In this document: piece after piece, positions 48,346 to 62,779 of the stretch
Numbering within the stretch: position 1 is the stretch's first letter
Layout of the letters: every line of letters starts with the position of its first letter
NCBI GenBank assembly: GCA_002269645.1
Contig: NIVC01001023.1
Span: forward strand, 1-64,000
DNA length: 64,000 nucleotides
Direction: 5' to 3'
From: Macrostomum lignano
Lineage: Eukaryota
Notes under the pieces: model-generated
What the model was told of the DNA's origin: nothing
The model's input: only the letters and a program-made list of their open reading frames with translations
The model's database searches: none
Translations under genes and position numbers: made by a program

Positions 48346-51300
48346 CTTAAGTCGTCCTTGGGTATGCCTCACCCCACGGCGCTAGGGGTCGTCAGTGCCG
48401 CATTTCCTTCTGTGGCGATGATCGTCATCTACATCGTCATCTACATCTACATCAGCGTCATCTACTAATTCCGTGCAAAAATACAGTAGCTGATGAGCTA
48501 CTCCAATCCGGATACCAGCAGCAACATTTCCTCACCCACATCGACAATAACCACCAGCTCCTGAATACACACGGACATTACTACTACGAGTAAGGTTCCG
48601 GATGCATCTGAACAGGCGCCGAGAGGTCTCTAAAATGTCAATGCCGTTATTGACTTAAACACCACAATATATGTGATTCTTGACAAGAAACATTTTCCCA
48701 GAAGGAGGCAGCGTTGTCTCTGCTTCAGATGCCAATAGACGCAACTGAAATGTAAAAGTGAATGAAAAATAAATGTATCCAAAAATAGGAACGATACAGA
48801 CTGAAGTCAAAATAACAAGCTGTGCTAAGACTAACAGTAATAAAACCTAACTGATGCCAACTGCTAACCAACCAACTGGACACTATAGTAGGAGAAACCA
48901 ACTGGACACTATAGTAGGAGAAACCAACTGATGCCAACTGCAGACCTAAATAGACAATATAGTAGAGGAAAGCAACTGATATCTTATCTCTAAATGCTTT
49001 TACTATATCAACTTAACAAGCATTATAAAGCTGTAAAGAAACCTTGTTTTTTAAAGATTCTTAAATATTGAAAAATGTAGCTTTTTAGTTTGATAGTGAT
49101 AGAACTTTTATATATATTCTTACTTCACTAATCTTTTTTATTTTAGACATACAATGAATTATATTTACATTAGTATCTATCTACGCTTGTATAGTCCCCA
49201 GATCGCTAACACTGTTGTTTTTATTTTAACATTCTCTCAACAACAACAAATAACTCATTCCACCAACCAACATAAAGAGGCCAGAAGGGGAAAAGGAGTC
49301 AAATGGCACACTGGTAGGCCATGTCCCTCAAAAAGCCACACCTGCCTTGCATCCTTTATAAGTCAATCAATGTTTGATGTTAGGCTTTGTATATTGATAT
49401 AATAGTGGGAATGATTAATAAATAGCAAATTCTTTACAAATTAGAGATTCTGGTCAGTTTTATTAAACAATAACACCACCCTCATCTAAGGTTAAAATTT
49501 TTATCTAACAATCAATAAAAATATGCAAAAATCTATTATAGTCATATGTATGAATAAAATTATAATTTAAATATACGCACAATAGTTAAAGAAAATATAG
49601 CCTTAAAAAGGAATATGTAAAAAATAAATAAACTATTTGAATTAAAAAGAAATCTAGACAAAACTATTTAACAAGAATTCTTTTTAAAAACTTTGCTTTA
49701 AACTAAATATTACTAGGCTTAATCCACTGCAGCAATTGATAAAATAGACAAAATATATAAAATAGACAAAACTCTTGGTTTCATGTACAAATTTTCAATG
49801 CAATCATCAAATAGCAAGCACAAATACAAAGGAAAACAGCTGAAACAAAATGTGCTTCGGTTGCTTCTAATTAAACTGACTTTATGCTGAAAAAGCGTGC
49901 AAAATATACTAGATTTGGCTCTGGGTAGTTTTGGCTCTGGTCAGTTTGGCACAGGGGCGATTAAAGTATACCCTTGTCCCTTATATTATTATTAACGGTA
50001 TTCGACACGTTTGATAGATAACATCTTGGAAAGTAAAGCATTTGAAATTGTAGCATGCTAATTATTATAACAACATGGGTAATTAATATTATTGCGAAAG
50101 CTTTATATTGTACAATAGTTTGCATAAAAATATTCTAAAAATGAAAATAAACTTACTTAATCCGTTTTATTGCAAAAAAAAAACAATACTACGTGATTAT
50201 TGCATAGCGCCTTTGCAGCAAATGGATCTTTGACAAGAAGGTTTATTATGGTTGATATAATAAGTGGCGAATGTGTGAAAATCGATTGGAATATAAAAAT
50301 GGGCTTTGTAGACTCTATTTTTGAAAATGGCGCAAGTATCGCACTCCATTTACCCTGTTGGCGAAAAGAAAAAAGTACAGAAACGTACTTTCCCAATCTT
50401 TTGCACAGTGTGGTGCAATCATTTCTTCATGGATTCATTTGAAAAGTTTGCTATATTATGTGGAACAAATTATGCTCTTCAGAATATTAAACGGCGAAAG
50501 AATTCATGCAAGCGTTATGCCTCCAAAAGCTATCACATTGCTATTTTCGCACTATCTTCTCATCGGCAATTTTTAATGCTCTGTGAAAAAGGCTCTGCGG
50601 AAATTGGAGACAAAACCTCGTGGCGAATATTCATAATAAAGAAGTTTATTTGTTAGTCATATTTTTTGCGATGGCGAATTGTTTTTAAAAAAATGATGTG
50701 ATAGTGATTCGCTAGCGAAACGTGAGTCCCGTGGGGTGGGGGAATTTCCCATCGATCTGACAGTTTTTTTGCCGCGTCGGAACGGAACAACGTAACGCAG
50801 GCACATTAAATTAAGGAACACTAGCCAAACTTTTGTTGCGCACCTTCTCAAACAAGAATAAAGTCCCCAGCCCTCCGGACCGCCGAGAGAAAAAAGTACA
50901 ATAGTATCATTGTATTTTTGCCTGCTCATGGGGGGTGGGCGGAATGGGCAGTAATGCCTCTCGCCGATTGTGTGACAATTTCGTTAAAGTGCGCCAAGGT
51001 GCACACAGTTTCAATGTCTCTGATAAAAAAGGTTTTAAAGTACCCTGATCTTGGTGAGCCATTTTCTCTCCGATCGAATTTATAGGCCATATTTTAAAAA
51101 ATAAAACAGTTGGCTTGTTTGTTGTCATTGGGACAATAAATGATGAATTATATAGTGATTCATCAATTAATTTCTATTATAGTGAGTAAATTACGAGCTA
51201 CATGTAAATAATACCGTTTCTCGCGCGGGATGCCATATGCCAGCCAGTTGCGCGTAAACTCTTGCAGTTTCGATCAGAGAGAAATGGCACACTAGATCAG

Positions 51301-52539
51301 GGTGGATCCTTATGCAATGTCCCTGAAAGTACTCGCATAGCGCGATTTAATTACTCGCACTAAATTACAAGGATCTTGTCAACTGTTTAGACTTTAGAGA
51401 TTAATAGAGATACATGTAAAAACGATTTTCTTGGTAGCTAAAACAGCGCATACGAACTATATTCTACCTTTTATGCATTGGAAAACAATCGAAAAGCTTC
51501 TGCAAAGTTTTGCTTTTGTGAAAAAACACACACTACGAGCGTATTGCCAAAAGCATATACAAACATTGCAGAGCTTTTTCGAATTTACAGAAGCTTTTTT
51601 CTAGAAAAAGTGTATCTAATATCATTTCTAGCACGTGTTCTCCGCCAGCCAGGCATTTGTCGCAATTTACACAATCTAATTTTTTTGGTGGAACCTGATC
51701 TGAACACTGCAGTTGACACTGACGCAGATTTATCCGGAAATGTAGAGAATTCGTGCGAATTCCGTTAGACTCATTGTTCCCTATCTAAACCCAGGTTAGG
51801 CTTCAGTGTTTGAACGAAACTCAAATCCTGTTGTGAAACTCGAATAAAGAAATCAACATGTAGGCAGCTGCAATTAGTTGCGAGAGTTTGCATCCGCCCG
51901 GCATCGGGTTTGTGCGACATGTAAACATTTATCTTGGCAACTGCAAACTCTGATATTTAACACCGATCCAGACGGGGCCAACTTAGCGTTTTCCCAACGA
52001 GTTTCAGTTTTTAGTGGAAAATAAAAGATTTACATGTAGCTCTGCCTTATATTGAGATTAAAAGTGGGCTCAATTTCGTTGACCGCATAGTATAGCCAAC
52101 AAATTATTCACCTGTCAGCCTATAAGGGAGTGGCTGATATGTCAGGGCTTGTAGGAACGTTGATTGTTTATTTAATGAGAGCAAGGCGGTGGTTCTTTTG
52201 GTTGTTTATCGACGGTAATTAGATCGGGGATTCAAAGAGAGAAAAAGAAGGAGGCGTGATTCGTGTCACTGCCGTTGCTGTATATTTACAAACTTATAAA
52301 GCTTTCCGGAAATTTCTAGAAAGATTAAACGCATCTTAACAAATCGATTAAACACTTAATTATATACGTTGCGCAAATACAAGTAGAATATTAACAGTTA
52401 AGTATTAATTAATTATATACTATTAATAATGCGCACCTTATAGATAAGCTGCTAACCCGAAGAAGTTTCTGGAAATATAAATGAGTTTTTGACTTATAGA
52501 AATCTGACGAAATTTCTAGAAAGTTATTAAAGTACGCTA

Positions 52540-52865
52540 CAGGCTCATCAGGGAGTTGCTGAGATGTCAGGGCTCATAGGGAAGTTGCTGAGATGTCAAG
52601 GCTCATCGGGGAGTTGCTGAGATTTCAAGCTTCATAGGAAGTTTATAATATGTCAAGGCCCAAGAAGAGTTGCTGTCTTGCTGAGATGTCAAGGCTCATG
52701 GGGGAATGGCGGAGATGTCTAGGCTAATAGGGGAGTTGCTGAGATATTTAGGCTCATAGGGAAAATTGCTATGACGTCAAGGCTCATGGATGAATTTCTG
52801 AGACGACAAAACTCAAGGGGGATCGCTGAAATTTTGTGACTCTTGGGGGAAACTGCTGAGATGTC
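52540..52865. repeat. Degenerate ~29-bp minisatellite
   Basis: Units like GCTCATAGGGGAGTTGCTGAGATGTCAAG. Confidence 0.85.
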
Positions 52866-53182
52866 AAAACTTTATAGCGTCAACGATTCAATAGAAGATT
52901 CTATTTGTACAAGGAAACTAGAAAAAAAAGTTACGCAACACGCAACTAAGAAGTCCAACATCTAGTTGGCATAACAACCGATTCCCCATCGTGATAAAGA
53001 GCTATCAAACAACGGAAAACTCAGTCGAGTTGCTTCCATTTATTATTGGCTGATATTTTTTAACTATCCCCGATACGAGCGTACATATAAGAGGTGTGCG
53101 ACAACTTCGCACCAATAGATAAAAAATAATAAATAGCAAATCAGGAAGCCCTGTTTAGAGTGATAATTTTCCCACATCTAAA

Positions 53183-53764
53183 ATGAGCAAGATCGCGTTC
53201 ATATCGGTTTTCTTAATTACGTTTAGCTCAACTGATGGTCCGTGCCAGCTGTTCGTGTTCGACAAGTGCAGCAAGTCAGTGCGAGACTGCGGCTGCTCCA
53301 GGAGAGGTGAGGTGTTCGTGAAGCAGCTGCCGGTACTCGAGGCAGGCGAGCTGTGTCCCTCTGGCTACGGCATGGACCTGTGCGGAGTGAAGTACAGACT
53401 GTACTCTGGCATCGGGGCGTGGTGGCCGAGCAGACAGAAGTGCGAGTCTGAGAGAGGCCTGGTCATCATGGCCGACGTGACCAGCGCAGAGAAGAGCCGC
53501 GTTGACTCAATCTTTGATATCAACGCTAGGCAGCCATTCTGGCTCGGAGGCTACCAACAAGAAGGCATTGCCGAACCAGCAGGAGGATGGTACTGGATCG
53601 GCTGCAACGTCACTGTAAACGGTTTTGTATGGGCATCTGGAGAGCCCAATAACGGCAACAATCGAGAAAATGTAACCATAAAGTACATATCTAGCGGCCT
53701 GAGGGATACAGAAGTAACCCTGAGGGATGTTCGGGACGGCAATTTTTTCAGGGTTTGGGGTTAA
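53183..53764 (+). CDS. Secreted C-type lectin domain protein, C-terminus probably disrupted
   Basis: Signal peptide; W..SRQKC, FWLGG, WYW, WASGEPNN..EN (EPN motif); terminal Cys residues of the CTLD missing. Confidence 0.7.
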   Translation: MSKIAFISVFLITFSSTDGPCQLFVFDKCSKSVRDCGCSRRGEVFVKQLPVLEAGELCPSGYGMDLCGVKYRLYSGIGAWWPSRQKCESERGLVIMADVTSAEKSRVDSIFDINARQPFWLGGYQQEGIAEPAGGWYWIGCNVTVNGFVWASGEPNNGNNRENVTIKYISSGLRDTEVTLRDVRDGNFFRVWG

Positions 53765-54438
53765 CCTCGAACCCCGAACACTGAATCCGGTACCAAACCT
53801 GACCCCAAACCCCGAACACCCCTACTCATGCTGAACCTTTCTAAAAGCTGATTCAACAAACTGTGAAACTGGAGTTGCTTTATTATACTATCTAATCACT
53901 GAACCCCCGTGAAGCATTCTGACCTACACCGCTGGCTAAATGAGTTTTCACATTGACGACGTTTATAGGATGGAGAAAGTGCATGGACTGCCGCACGGGC
54001 TAGCTAACGGCGTTGCAATACCATCAACCATCAGTACGAGCTATCAAACTCTATTTACGAAACACTAGCTATACTTCAAACATATTTATCGAATAGTTGG
54101 CTTGAGAACTATTTCACTAGCAAAATACGTTATTTCACTCGTAAAGAAATTCTTCTTCAAGGAAAAATCTGTTTTATTCTTTATTCCTAATCAGAGAATA
54201 TCATCAAAATTAAAGTGTAAGTTCCTCAGATACGAGTACATTACTTTACTATCGGACCTAGCTACGAGAGTAGCTTTATTTCGATCGCCGCAACATCCTC
54301 GTTATTAAATCTCCGTAAACTGCCAAAATCCTTAGTTCCAGGTGCAATTTGTTCCTCTTATGGGTAAAAGCGAGCGTCGTATTTTAAATAGCTCACCTAA
54401 TTTCAGGAGTTTGAATCGCAACTGCTAGCCAAAAGATG

Positions 54439-54732
<294 letters not shown>

Positions 54733-57306
54733 TTTAATGCCACTCTGGCCAGTGCTAGCTTGTACATTGTATTAGCACGTACATGTCGCTACTCAACTTA
54801 TGTACGTAAGGCACGCGGCTCAATTGTGCACGTTGCAATCAGATCGCTTCCAAATATATAAATATCGTCTCACCCTACTTGGAGGGTTAAGGCTTTTTCT
54901 CGCACGCCACAAACACTGTTTGACTCCTGAGTCATTACATTGGCGTCGCAAGGCTGAACCATGGCCTTCCTACAACTGCCGGCCCCAGGTAACTTTAGCA
55001 TTAGAGACGACCCCCACTCCACAAGCAAGCGCTGGCAGGAGTGGTCATCCAACCTTCTACGCTACCTGGCGGCCACGGGCATCACAACGAGACACAGAAA
55101 CGCCAGATCCTCCTATACACGGCAGGCAAAGAAGTAAGCGACCTGTATAGCGAGATCATAACAACAGAGACCGACACAACAGAAGGCGAACCTACAGTCG
55201 AACCCACGGTCGACCAGCTGATCACGCTGCTCACCAAGCGTTTCCAAGGTCGCGACAACATTGTGTTTCTCCGCTACCAATTCCGCCAGTGCGTGCAGGA
55301 CGAAGGCGAGTCGATAGACGCCTGGCACAGCAGACTCTGGAGCGCCTCGGAAGCCTGCCAGTTCGAGAGCCTCCGTAATTCGCTCGTCAGGGACCAAATT
55401 GTGGCCAGCTGCCGCAGCGAATCGCTGAGGAAGCGCCTGCTGAACATCCCCAACATCAACCTGGCGGACACCCTCCAACTGGCCAGGACGCACGAGGCAG
55501 CAGAGAAGCAGGCGGCCATCATGTCCAGGACAGCGGCAGCCTCCGAGGAAGTGGCGCAGGTGCGCCGCCAGCGCAACCCGCCGCCGGAACCGTCGCGCCA
55601 GCCGCAGCCATCCGCGAAGTGCATCCGATGCGGCGAGTCGGGCCACAGGAGCTGCAACAGGGCGCAAGGCAAGCGGTGCACTAACTGCGGCAAGTTCAAC
55701 CACCTGGCCAAGGCCTGCCTCAGCCGCTCGAAGATCAACGCGCTACAGCCCGAGCAAGACCAGCTTGCAGACCAGCCAGTCAACGAGGTGTTCTGCACGC
55801 TCAGCGGCAAGGACAATAGCGCCAAATTCCCCATCAGCATCAACGGTCAGCAGGTCTGCACACTGATCGACAGCGGAGCAAGCTGCAACGTACTGGACAT
55901 GGCGACGTTCCGCAGAATTTGCCGCCGCGGCACGCCACTTGCGCCGTCCAGCACCAGAGTCTTCGCGCTCGGCGCCAGCGAGCCGCTGGAGGCAGCCGGT
56001 CAAACGACGCTCATCGTCAGGGCAAACCACCGCGAGCTGCAGGCGAACTTCATTGTCATCCGGAGCAGCTGCACCCCAATCCTCGGCAGAGCGTCCAGCA
56101 CGAAGCTCGGTATGCTGAGAGTCGGCCCAGAGGCCTGCACGAACTCGGCGGTGGTGGCCAGCCTGGCCAATCTAGCGAGATGCGAGGATCAGCACCTGCC
56201 CAAGCAGCTACAGCTTGAGAGCATCCTGGCCGACTTCAGCGACCGCTTTAAGGGCATTGGATGCGTGAAGGGCGTCACCATCACCATCAAGCTGAGATCA
56301 GATGCCACCCCAGTCTGCCAACCGCCATCCCGAGTGCCAGTGCACCTCAGGGCTGCCGTCATCAAAGAGCTGGAAGAGCAGCTTGCCCTGGGAATCATCG
56401 AGCGGGTGCATGGGCCAACAGCCTGGTGCTCCAGGATGGTCGCGGTCCCGAAGGCCGAGCAGGGAGAGGTGCGCATCACCCAGGACCTCCGCGAGGTGAA
56501 CAAGTACGTCATCCCGGAGAAGCAGCCGATCCCCACATTCGAAGAGGTAACCGACGAAATGGCCGGATCGACGTATTTTTCGGAGCTGGATGTCGCCAAA
56601 GCGTTCCACCAAATTGAAGTCGCCGAGGAGTCCAGGGATCTGCTGACGTTCTCCACGCCAATCGGGCTCCTACGGCTGCGCCGGCTCTGCATGGGCTACA
56701 CATCCGCCTCCGAGATCCTCCAGCGGGTGATGTCCTCCGTCCTCAGCGGCCTGCCCGGCGTCCGCTGGGTGCACGACGACATCCTGGTGTATGCGAAGAA
56801 CATTGAGGAGCACAACCAGCGCCTGCGAGACTGCCTGGCTCGGCTGAAGGCCAGCAACATCACGCTGAACCCCAAAATGTGCCGCTTCGCTCAGCGAGAG
56901 GTCGATTTCCTCGCCATGCGGCTGTCGGCAGTCGGCATTCACCCCAGCACCGAGAAAGTGGCGGCCATCAACAGTTTCAAGCGGCCGACCAACGCGACCG
57001 AGGTCCGCTCGTTCCTCGGCCTGGTCACCTTCGTCGCGCGCTTCATCAGCAACCTGTCCGACAAGGCTCGGCCACTCCGAGAGCTGACCCGACAGGCCGC
57101 CGAGTGGACATGGGGCGAGCAACAGGAGGCCGCGTTCAAGGACATTAAGCAAACGATCGCCAGCAGCGAGGCGCTGGCATTATTCAACAGCAAGCTTCCG
57201 ACCCAGCTAATCGTGGACGCCAGCCCCACAGGCGTCGGCGCCATCCTCACCCAAGTCCAACCTGACGGATCGACGCGGCCGGTGGCCTGACCCCTGAGTC
57301 ATTACA
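54733..57306 (+). mobile_element. Gypsy/Ty3 LTR retrotransposon with an internal deletion (5' LTR 54733-54939, gag-PR-RT, stub of 3' LTR)
   Basis: LTR ends TTACA then PBS TGGCG; gag from ATG 54961 with CCHC knuckles; LIDSGA, ITQDLREVN, VHDDILVY, VDAS; 57288-57306 matches the LTR end at 18/19 nt. Confidence 0.9.
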
Positions 57307-57309
57307 ACT

Positions 57310-57818
<509 letters not shown>

Positions 57819-58366
57819 GCTTTGTGTGTTTAGAAAATGGTATCGCATCAATAATAAAAGTTAAATGACCAAATGTTTAAAACCAATTATTCGCATATGA
57901 TTCTGTAGACGATAGAGTTTACCGAATGCAACAGGCGACGTAGAACTTTTTGGATTTTATTAGCAGAGAAAGCGAATAAACTTGTGTAATTTACTTACAG
58001 TTTTAAAATAAAAGTTTACAAAGAAACTTTGACGAAAAAAATCTGATTACCGGAAATGAATCGCAGCTCTGTTGCATGAAGCACGAATACTGTATGTTGA
58101 CAAACGTTTCAGTAGCCAAAAGGAGAATAATAAGGTTGTTAAAAATTTGAAATCTTATCTACTGCAGGTTCTTCAAAACATCAATTAAGAAGCAATAAAG
58201 GCCTGAATATTAAGCTTTCTAAAGGAATCAGTAGAAGCGATTAGACTACACACTCGATGAGGTAAAATGATAGTGTTAGTAGCTAAAAGCGCAAAAATCT
58301 TGCGCTAGTAATCTTGTTTTTCTTGCTCAAACAGTCCAATCAAAGTGTTCAAGTTCACTGATTCTA

Positions 58367-61300
58367 TTAAAACGCCGAGCCTGTTGAAGCCTGTCGACAC
58401 AGGAGTCCCAGGCCGACAAAGGTTGCGATGAGCATGCAGCCCGCCACCACGCTGCACCAGATGATGAGCCTATTGAAGTTGTCGGAGCTCGAGAAGCTGG
58501 TCCCTGTGGTGCCGGACTCAGCTGGTACAGCGTAGAATTTCCTGCAGCCGTTCAGAGTGCAAACTGCCAACTCGCTGCCCGAGCCGGAGCAGCTCGACCC
58601 GGTGCCGACCGCTGCGGGACAGCCGCAGGTTCGGCTGCGCGACATTGTGCCGCTGTTGGCGAGTCCAGCCTCCCAGCTGCCCCAGCTGCACCAACCGCCG
58701 TCAACTCTGGACGTTGTGGTCGTCTGGCAGGAGCTCACGTTGCAGGGGAAGTCCTCACTAGAGATGCCGGTGCAGTTGTAGCCGATCTCGTTCGGAGCCG
58801 AACAGTTGCACAAGCGAGTTCTGCAAAATGTTTTTTGATTCCGTCATGATTGAAACGCCTACACGATCTACACTTCATAAGAAGTTTGAATTTGAGGTCA
58901 CTATCATAGAGCACACCTGGCCCAAGGGATTTTTAGATTGCAAGTTAACAAACAGCTCACCTGGTAAGAACACCGTAGCCACTAGTCAGGCTACTCCATG
59001 CGCACCAGCTGCCGTTCACTTGAGTCAGCGAGTCTGTGGAACTGCCAGGGCAGCTGGAACCGGTATAGGCGGCCGCCGGGCAACTGCAGTTTCGAGTCCT
59101 AGAGCCGACGCCCGCTGTCACCGTGTAAGCGCTCCAAGCGCACCAGCCACCGTCAACGACGGCGCCAGTGTCATTGGAAGAACCTTGACAGGTGATCCCG
59201 CCGTAAGCTTCGGCGGAACAGGCGCAGGTTCTTAGTCGGGTAGCGTAGCCAGAATTGACAGTGTAGCTGCTCCAGGCGCACCAGGTGCCATTTACCGCCA
59301 GTCCAGTGTCGTTGCTGGTACCGGTACAGTCAAGTCCCGTGTAAGCCGGAGCACTGCAGTTGCACTCTCTGGTTCGAGTTCCGTAGGCTCCGTTGACCGT
59401 GTAGCTGCTCCAGGCGCACCAGTTGCCGTCAACAATCAGTCCAGTATCGTTGCCAGACCCGGAGCAGTTGGCTGTACCACCGTAAGCGGATGAAGGACAG
59501 GCGCATGTCCTTAGTCGAGTTGCGTAGGCACCTGATGTAGTGTAGCTGCTCCAGGCGCACCAGCTGGCGTTCACCGCTAGGCCTGTGTCGTTGCTGGTTC
59601 CCGTACAGTCAAGTCCCGTGTAGGCAGGAGCGCTGCAGTTGCATTCTCTGGTTCGAGTTCCGTAGGCTCCGTTGACCGTGTAGCTGCTCCAGGCGCACCA
59701 GTTGCCGTCAACAATCAGTCCAGTATCGTTGCCAGACCCGGAGCAGGTAGCTGTACCACCGTAAGCCGCTGAAGGACAGGAGCAATTCCTCAGTCTAGTT
59801 GCATAGGCCCCAGAAGTTGTGTAGCTGCTCCAGGAGCACCAGGATGCGTTTGCAACCAGGCCTGTGTCATTTCCGCTTCCAGGACAGTCGAGGCCACCAA
59901 AGGCGGGGGCGCTGCAGTTGCACTCTCTGGTTCGCGTTCCGTAGGCCCCGCTGACGGTGTAGCTGCTCCAAGAACACCAAGTGCCGTTCACAGTCGTACC
60001 CGTTTCGGAACTGTTGCCGGCGCAGGTTGTGCCGCTGCCCGCTGGTGCAGGACAGTTGCAGGTGCGAGTTCGAGTGGCAGTCGTACCCGTGTATGTGTAG
60101 TTAGACCAAGCGCACCATTCTCTGTTTACGTTAGCGGCAGGGTCCTCGCACGGTAGCGACAGACTAGCCAGCTCTGAACTCGACAACTGTTCAAAACGCC
60201 ATGTTGAGGAACTGCCACTGTTAATTTTTGCCACTTCATTGCCACTTAAGGTATCTCTCGTTAAGTAGTGACCGCTTGTACTGTTCCAGGTTGACTGGAC
60301 AGTGTACACTCCAGAAGTTGCTGTTGCCTTGATGTTCCAGAACTCCCGCTCGATGGTAACGTAGTCATAAACGACGTCGGACGTGTCGGTGGTGACGGAA
60401 ATAAAATTTGTGGCGCAGGGCAGTGGAATGCGCAAGATAAAGTACCCGTTGCCCTGGGGCATCACTTCGAATACGGTTGTTGCAGTCGAGCTCAGCACCA
60501 TTCGTGGAGAGCCGAACGTGCCCAGAGGAACACTACCACCTGCTTGGGTGAGTGACATGTTACAGTAGGTGCCGCCGCTACCACACCCATCATTCAAGTA
60601 GATGCGATAGAAGCCCCAGTTCATAGCTAGGCCGGTGTAGGTTCGGTACTTCCTGTAATACGGACAGACCCGGGTCATCTTGTTGGGCTGGTAGTACTGA
60701 TCTGTTGAGCACCAGATCAAGTACCAACGGGTAGCATCTACTGTTGTGCAGTCATCGTAGCACTTCTCCTTATAGTAGAAAGGAAATGTGCAGTTTCCAT
60801 ATTGGTCAGTCTGCAGTGTGCCAGAGATAGAATAGTTGCCAACCTGTGGCGGAATGTAGTAGGTTGTGGCCGAACTAAGAGACGCGCAGCTGGGATCGTT
60901 CTTTCCGGCGAAGGTGTACCGACAGTGCTTGTAGTTCGAGCTAACGTGCTCCGCTACGTCTGTAGTTGCGCACCAGGGCTCCGTGGCTGAGGTAACGCAG
61001 TCGTAGTGGCAGGCTCCGTTGTAGAGAAATGGAAAGTAGCAGCTGGTGCCGCTGCCGGAGCCGCCGTAGAGCAACGGCTCAGCCGAGGTTGTCGCCGAAC
61101 CCAAAGCGCTGCAGTTGGTCTTGGCCAAGTCGCTCAGCCTGAACTTGCAGTAGTTCCACATCGAATCTAGGCCATAGTTGCAGCTAGTTGCACACCAGTA
61201 GTTGCAGTATCCCGAGCCGTCACAGTATGGCGAGGTCAGCGGATCCCCTGAAGTGTCGCCTATGCAATCATTGTACGTCGTGCCGCTGTATTCGAATGGG

Positions 61301-61455
61301 AAAAAGCAAAGCGTTCCAGAAGTGCCCGTCTGGCCCGGGTCCAGTTTTATCTGAGTTGTATTCTTCGACCCGACGGGATCGCAGGTGGCATCGATCCTCG
61401 ACCAGGCCAGACTCGTAACAAAAAGTGCAATTACGCAATAAAAATAGTGAGGCAT
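58367..61455 (-). CDS. Host type-I membrane protein: signal peptide, 3 FN2, possible beta-trefoil, 10 TSP1-like repeats, TM; 2 exons (61455-58961, 58820-58367), 982 aa
   Basis: C.FPF.Y...C...WC x3; WC[AS]WS...R.R.C.C x10; intron 58821-58960 (GTGAGC..TTGCAG) restores GVLTRTRLCNC; TM LIIWCSVVAGCMLIATFVGLGLL. Confidence 0.88.
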
Positions 61456-62779
61456 GTTGATGGCTGAGGAAAGCGGTGCAGCTGCGATTTTGAGTGAGAG
61501 GTACGGCTTGGAGCTATAGGCGAGGGCGCTCGCTTTTATCCGGTCAGATGACAGCAGCCGGGGGTTGGGCAGAGACGTCAGAAGTGAATCGCAATGAGAC
61601 TTAGTTAGAAAAAAATGAGCGGGGCATTCACAGTTTTCTAAACTTTTAACGAAAAGAAACCACCCCTCACTCCACCAGCATGATAAGCCCAAGGCGATGC
61701 ACTGAATTGCATTGTGCGACGGGAGCCTTCCAATAAAAGGAGGCCTTTGACAGCGTAATTAATTTAGAGAGCTTATTTTGGCCTCTGGGGTCCAGCTGCG
61801 AAAGGCATTGTATCGCTACGGGGGGAGGGTGTTAACAGCTGCCTACAAGCATTGAAGAGCCTCGAAGCGTTTCGCACCGGCTCATGGAGATGGAGAGGCG
61901 ACAAGAGCCGCTAAAAGGTGTTGGCAGTGAATCCAAAGGCTACACACAATGCACAGCTCTTGTCGTCTCAACACTAAGCTCCACCCGCTAAGCAGCCTCT
62001 TAAATGCAAACTATATCGCTAGCTGTTTATACTGGCCCAGCGGGGTGACAATTTTTGTGGCATTTTGATGCCCCGCTATTGTTGGAAAGGCCAGGATCGC
62101 GAGAGGGGGGAATTGTGGCGTTCGAAATACAAAAAGATGATTAAGAATTTCCGACAGCAGCTGAGGCCTCAGCAGAGCATTTCGCTTCTTTTCAACAAGC
62201 TTTAAATTTTACAGCATCGCCAGTTTTCTGTTGTAGCAACAGGCGGAGGGGTTGTTCGTTGCCCCGTAAGCTGCAATCGCAGTAAAGAAGCAGTCCTGAG
62301 CTGCACTCATTCCAGTTTTTATCTAGGGTGAGAATTGCATTACAATTCGCAAACTGCAGAAATCTGGATCTTTAGTCGAGGTGCTACTGACTAAATGCAA
62401 TTAGCAAAATATTGTTTTTATAAGACCTCATCAGCAGCTGCCAGCCAGACAAGTGGCATCGTCATGCATTCAATTTGTTCTGTATTCGCTAGAGCAAGCA
62501 TCAAACCCTTTCGTGTGGAACTTAACTATACAGAAGAGTAGAGGCCGAATTTTGTTGGCATGTATCATTTTATGACAGAGTAACATGCACATTTGGGGCA
62601 TGTCTTTAAAGCTAGCTGTTTACTTTCAGTAACGTGTGAATGTACATGCATTTATATAAGTATAAAATATGAATTTACGCGAGAAAAAGGGACAGGGGCC
62701 GCGGACCCCAAGTCGAAAGAGGCAACCAATTAGATTGACGAATGACAAGAATTCAACTTTTGGTAGTACAGTCTTTGGG

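Larger units (their letters stand above)
42037..50726 (+). mobile_element. Foldback/NOF-like (Mutator superfamily) element with ~690-bp inverted repeats (42037-42723 and 50040-50726)
   Basis: Near-identical inverted copies, seen also as mirrored ORFs; encloses a NOF-like transposase; no TSD found. Confidence 0.75.

Noticed and set aside
55113-57250. Antisense and alternate-frame ORFs over the Gypsy gag-pol
   Set aside because: Shadow ORFs of GC-rich coding sequence.
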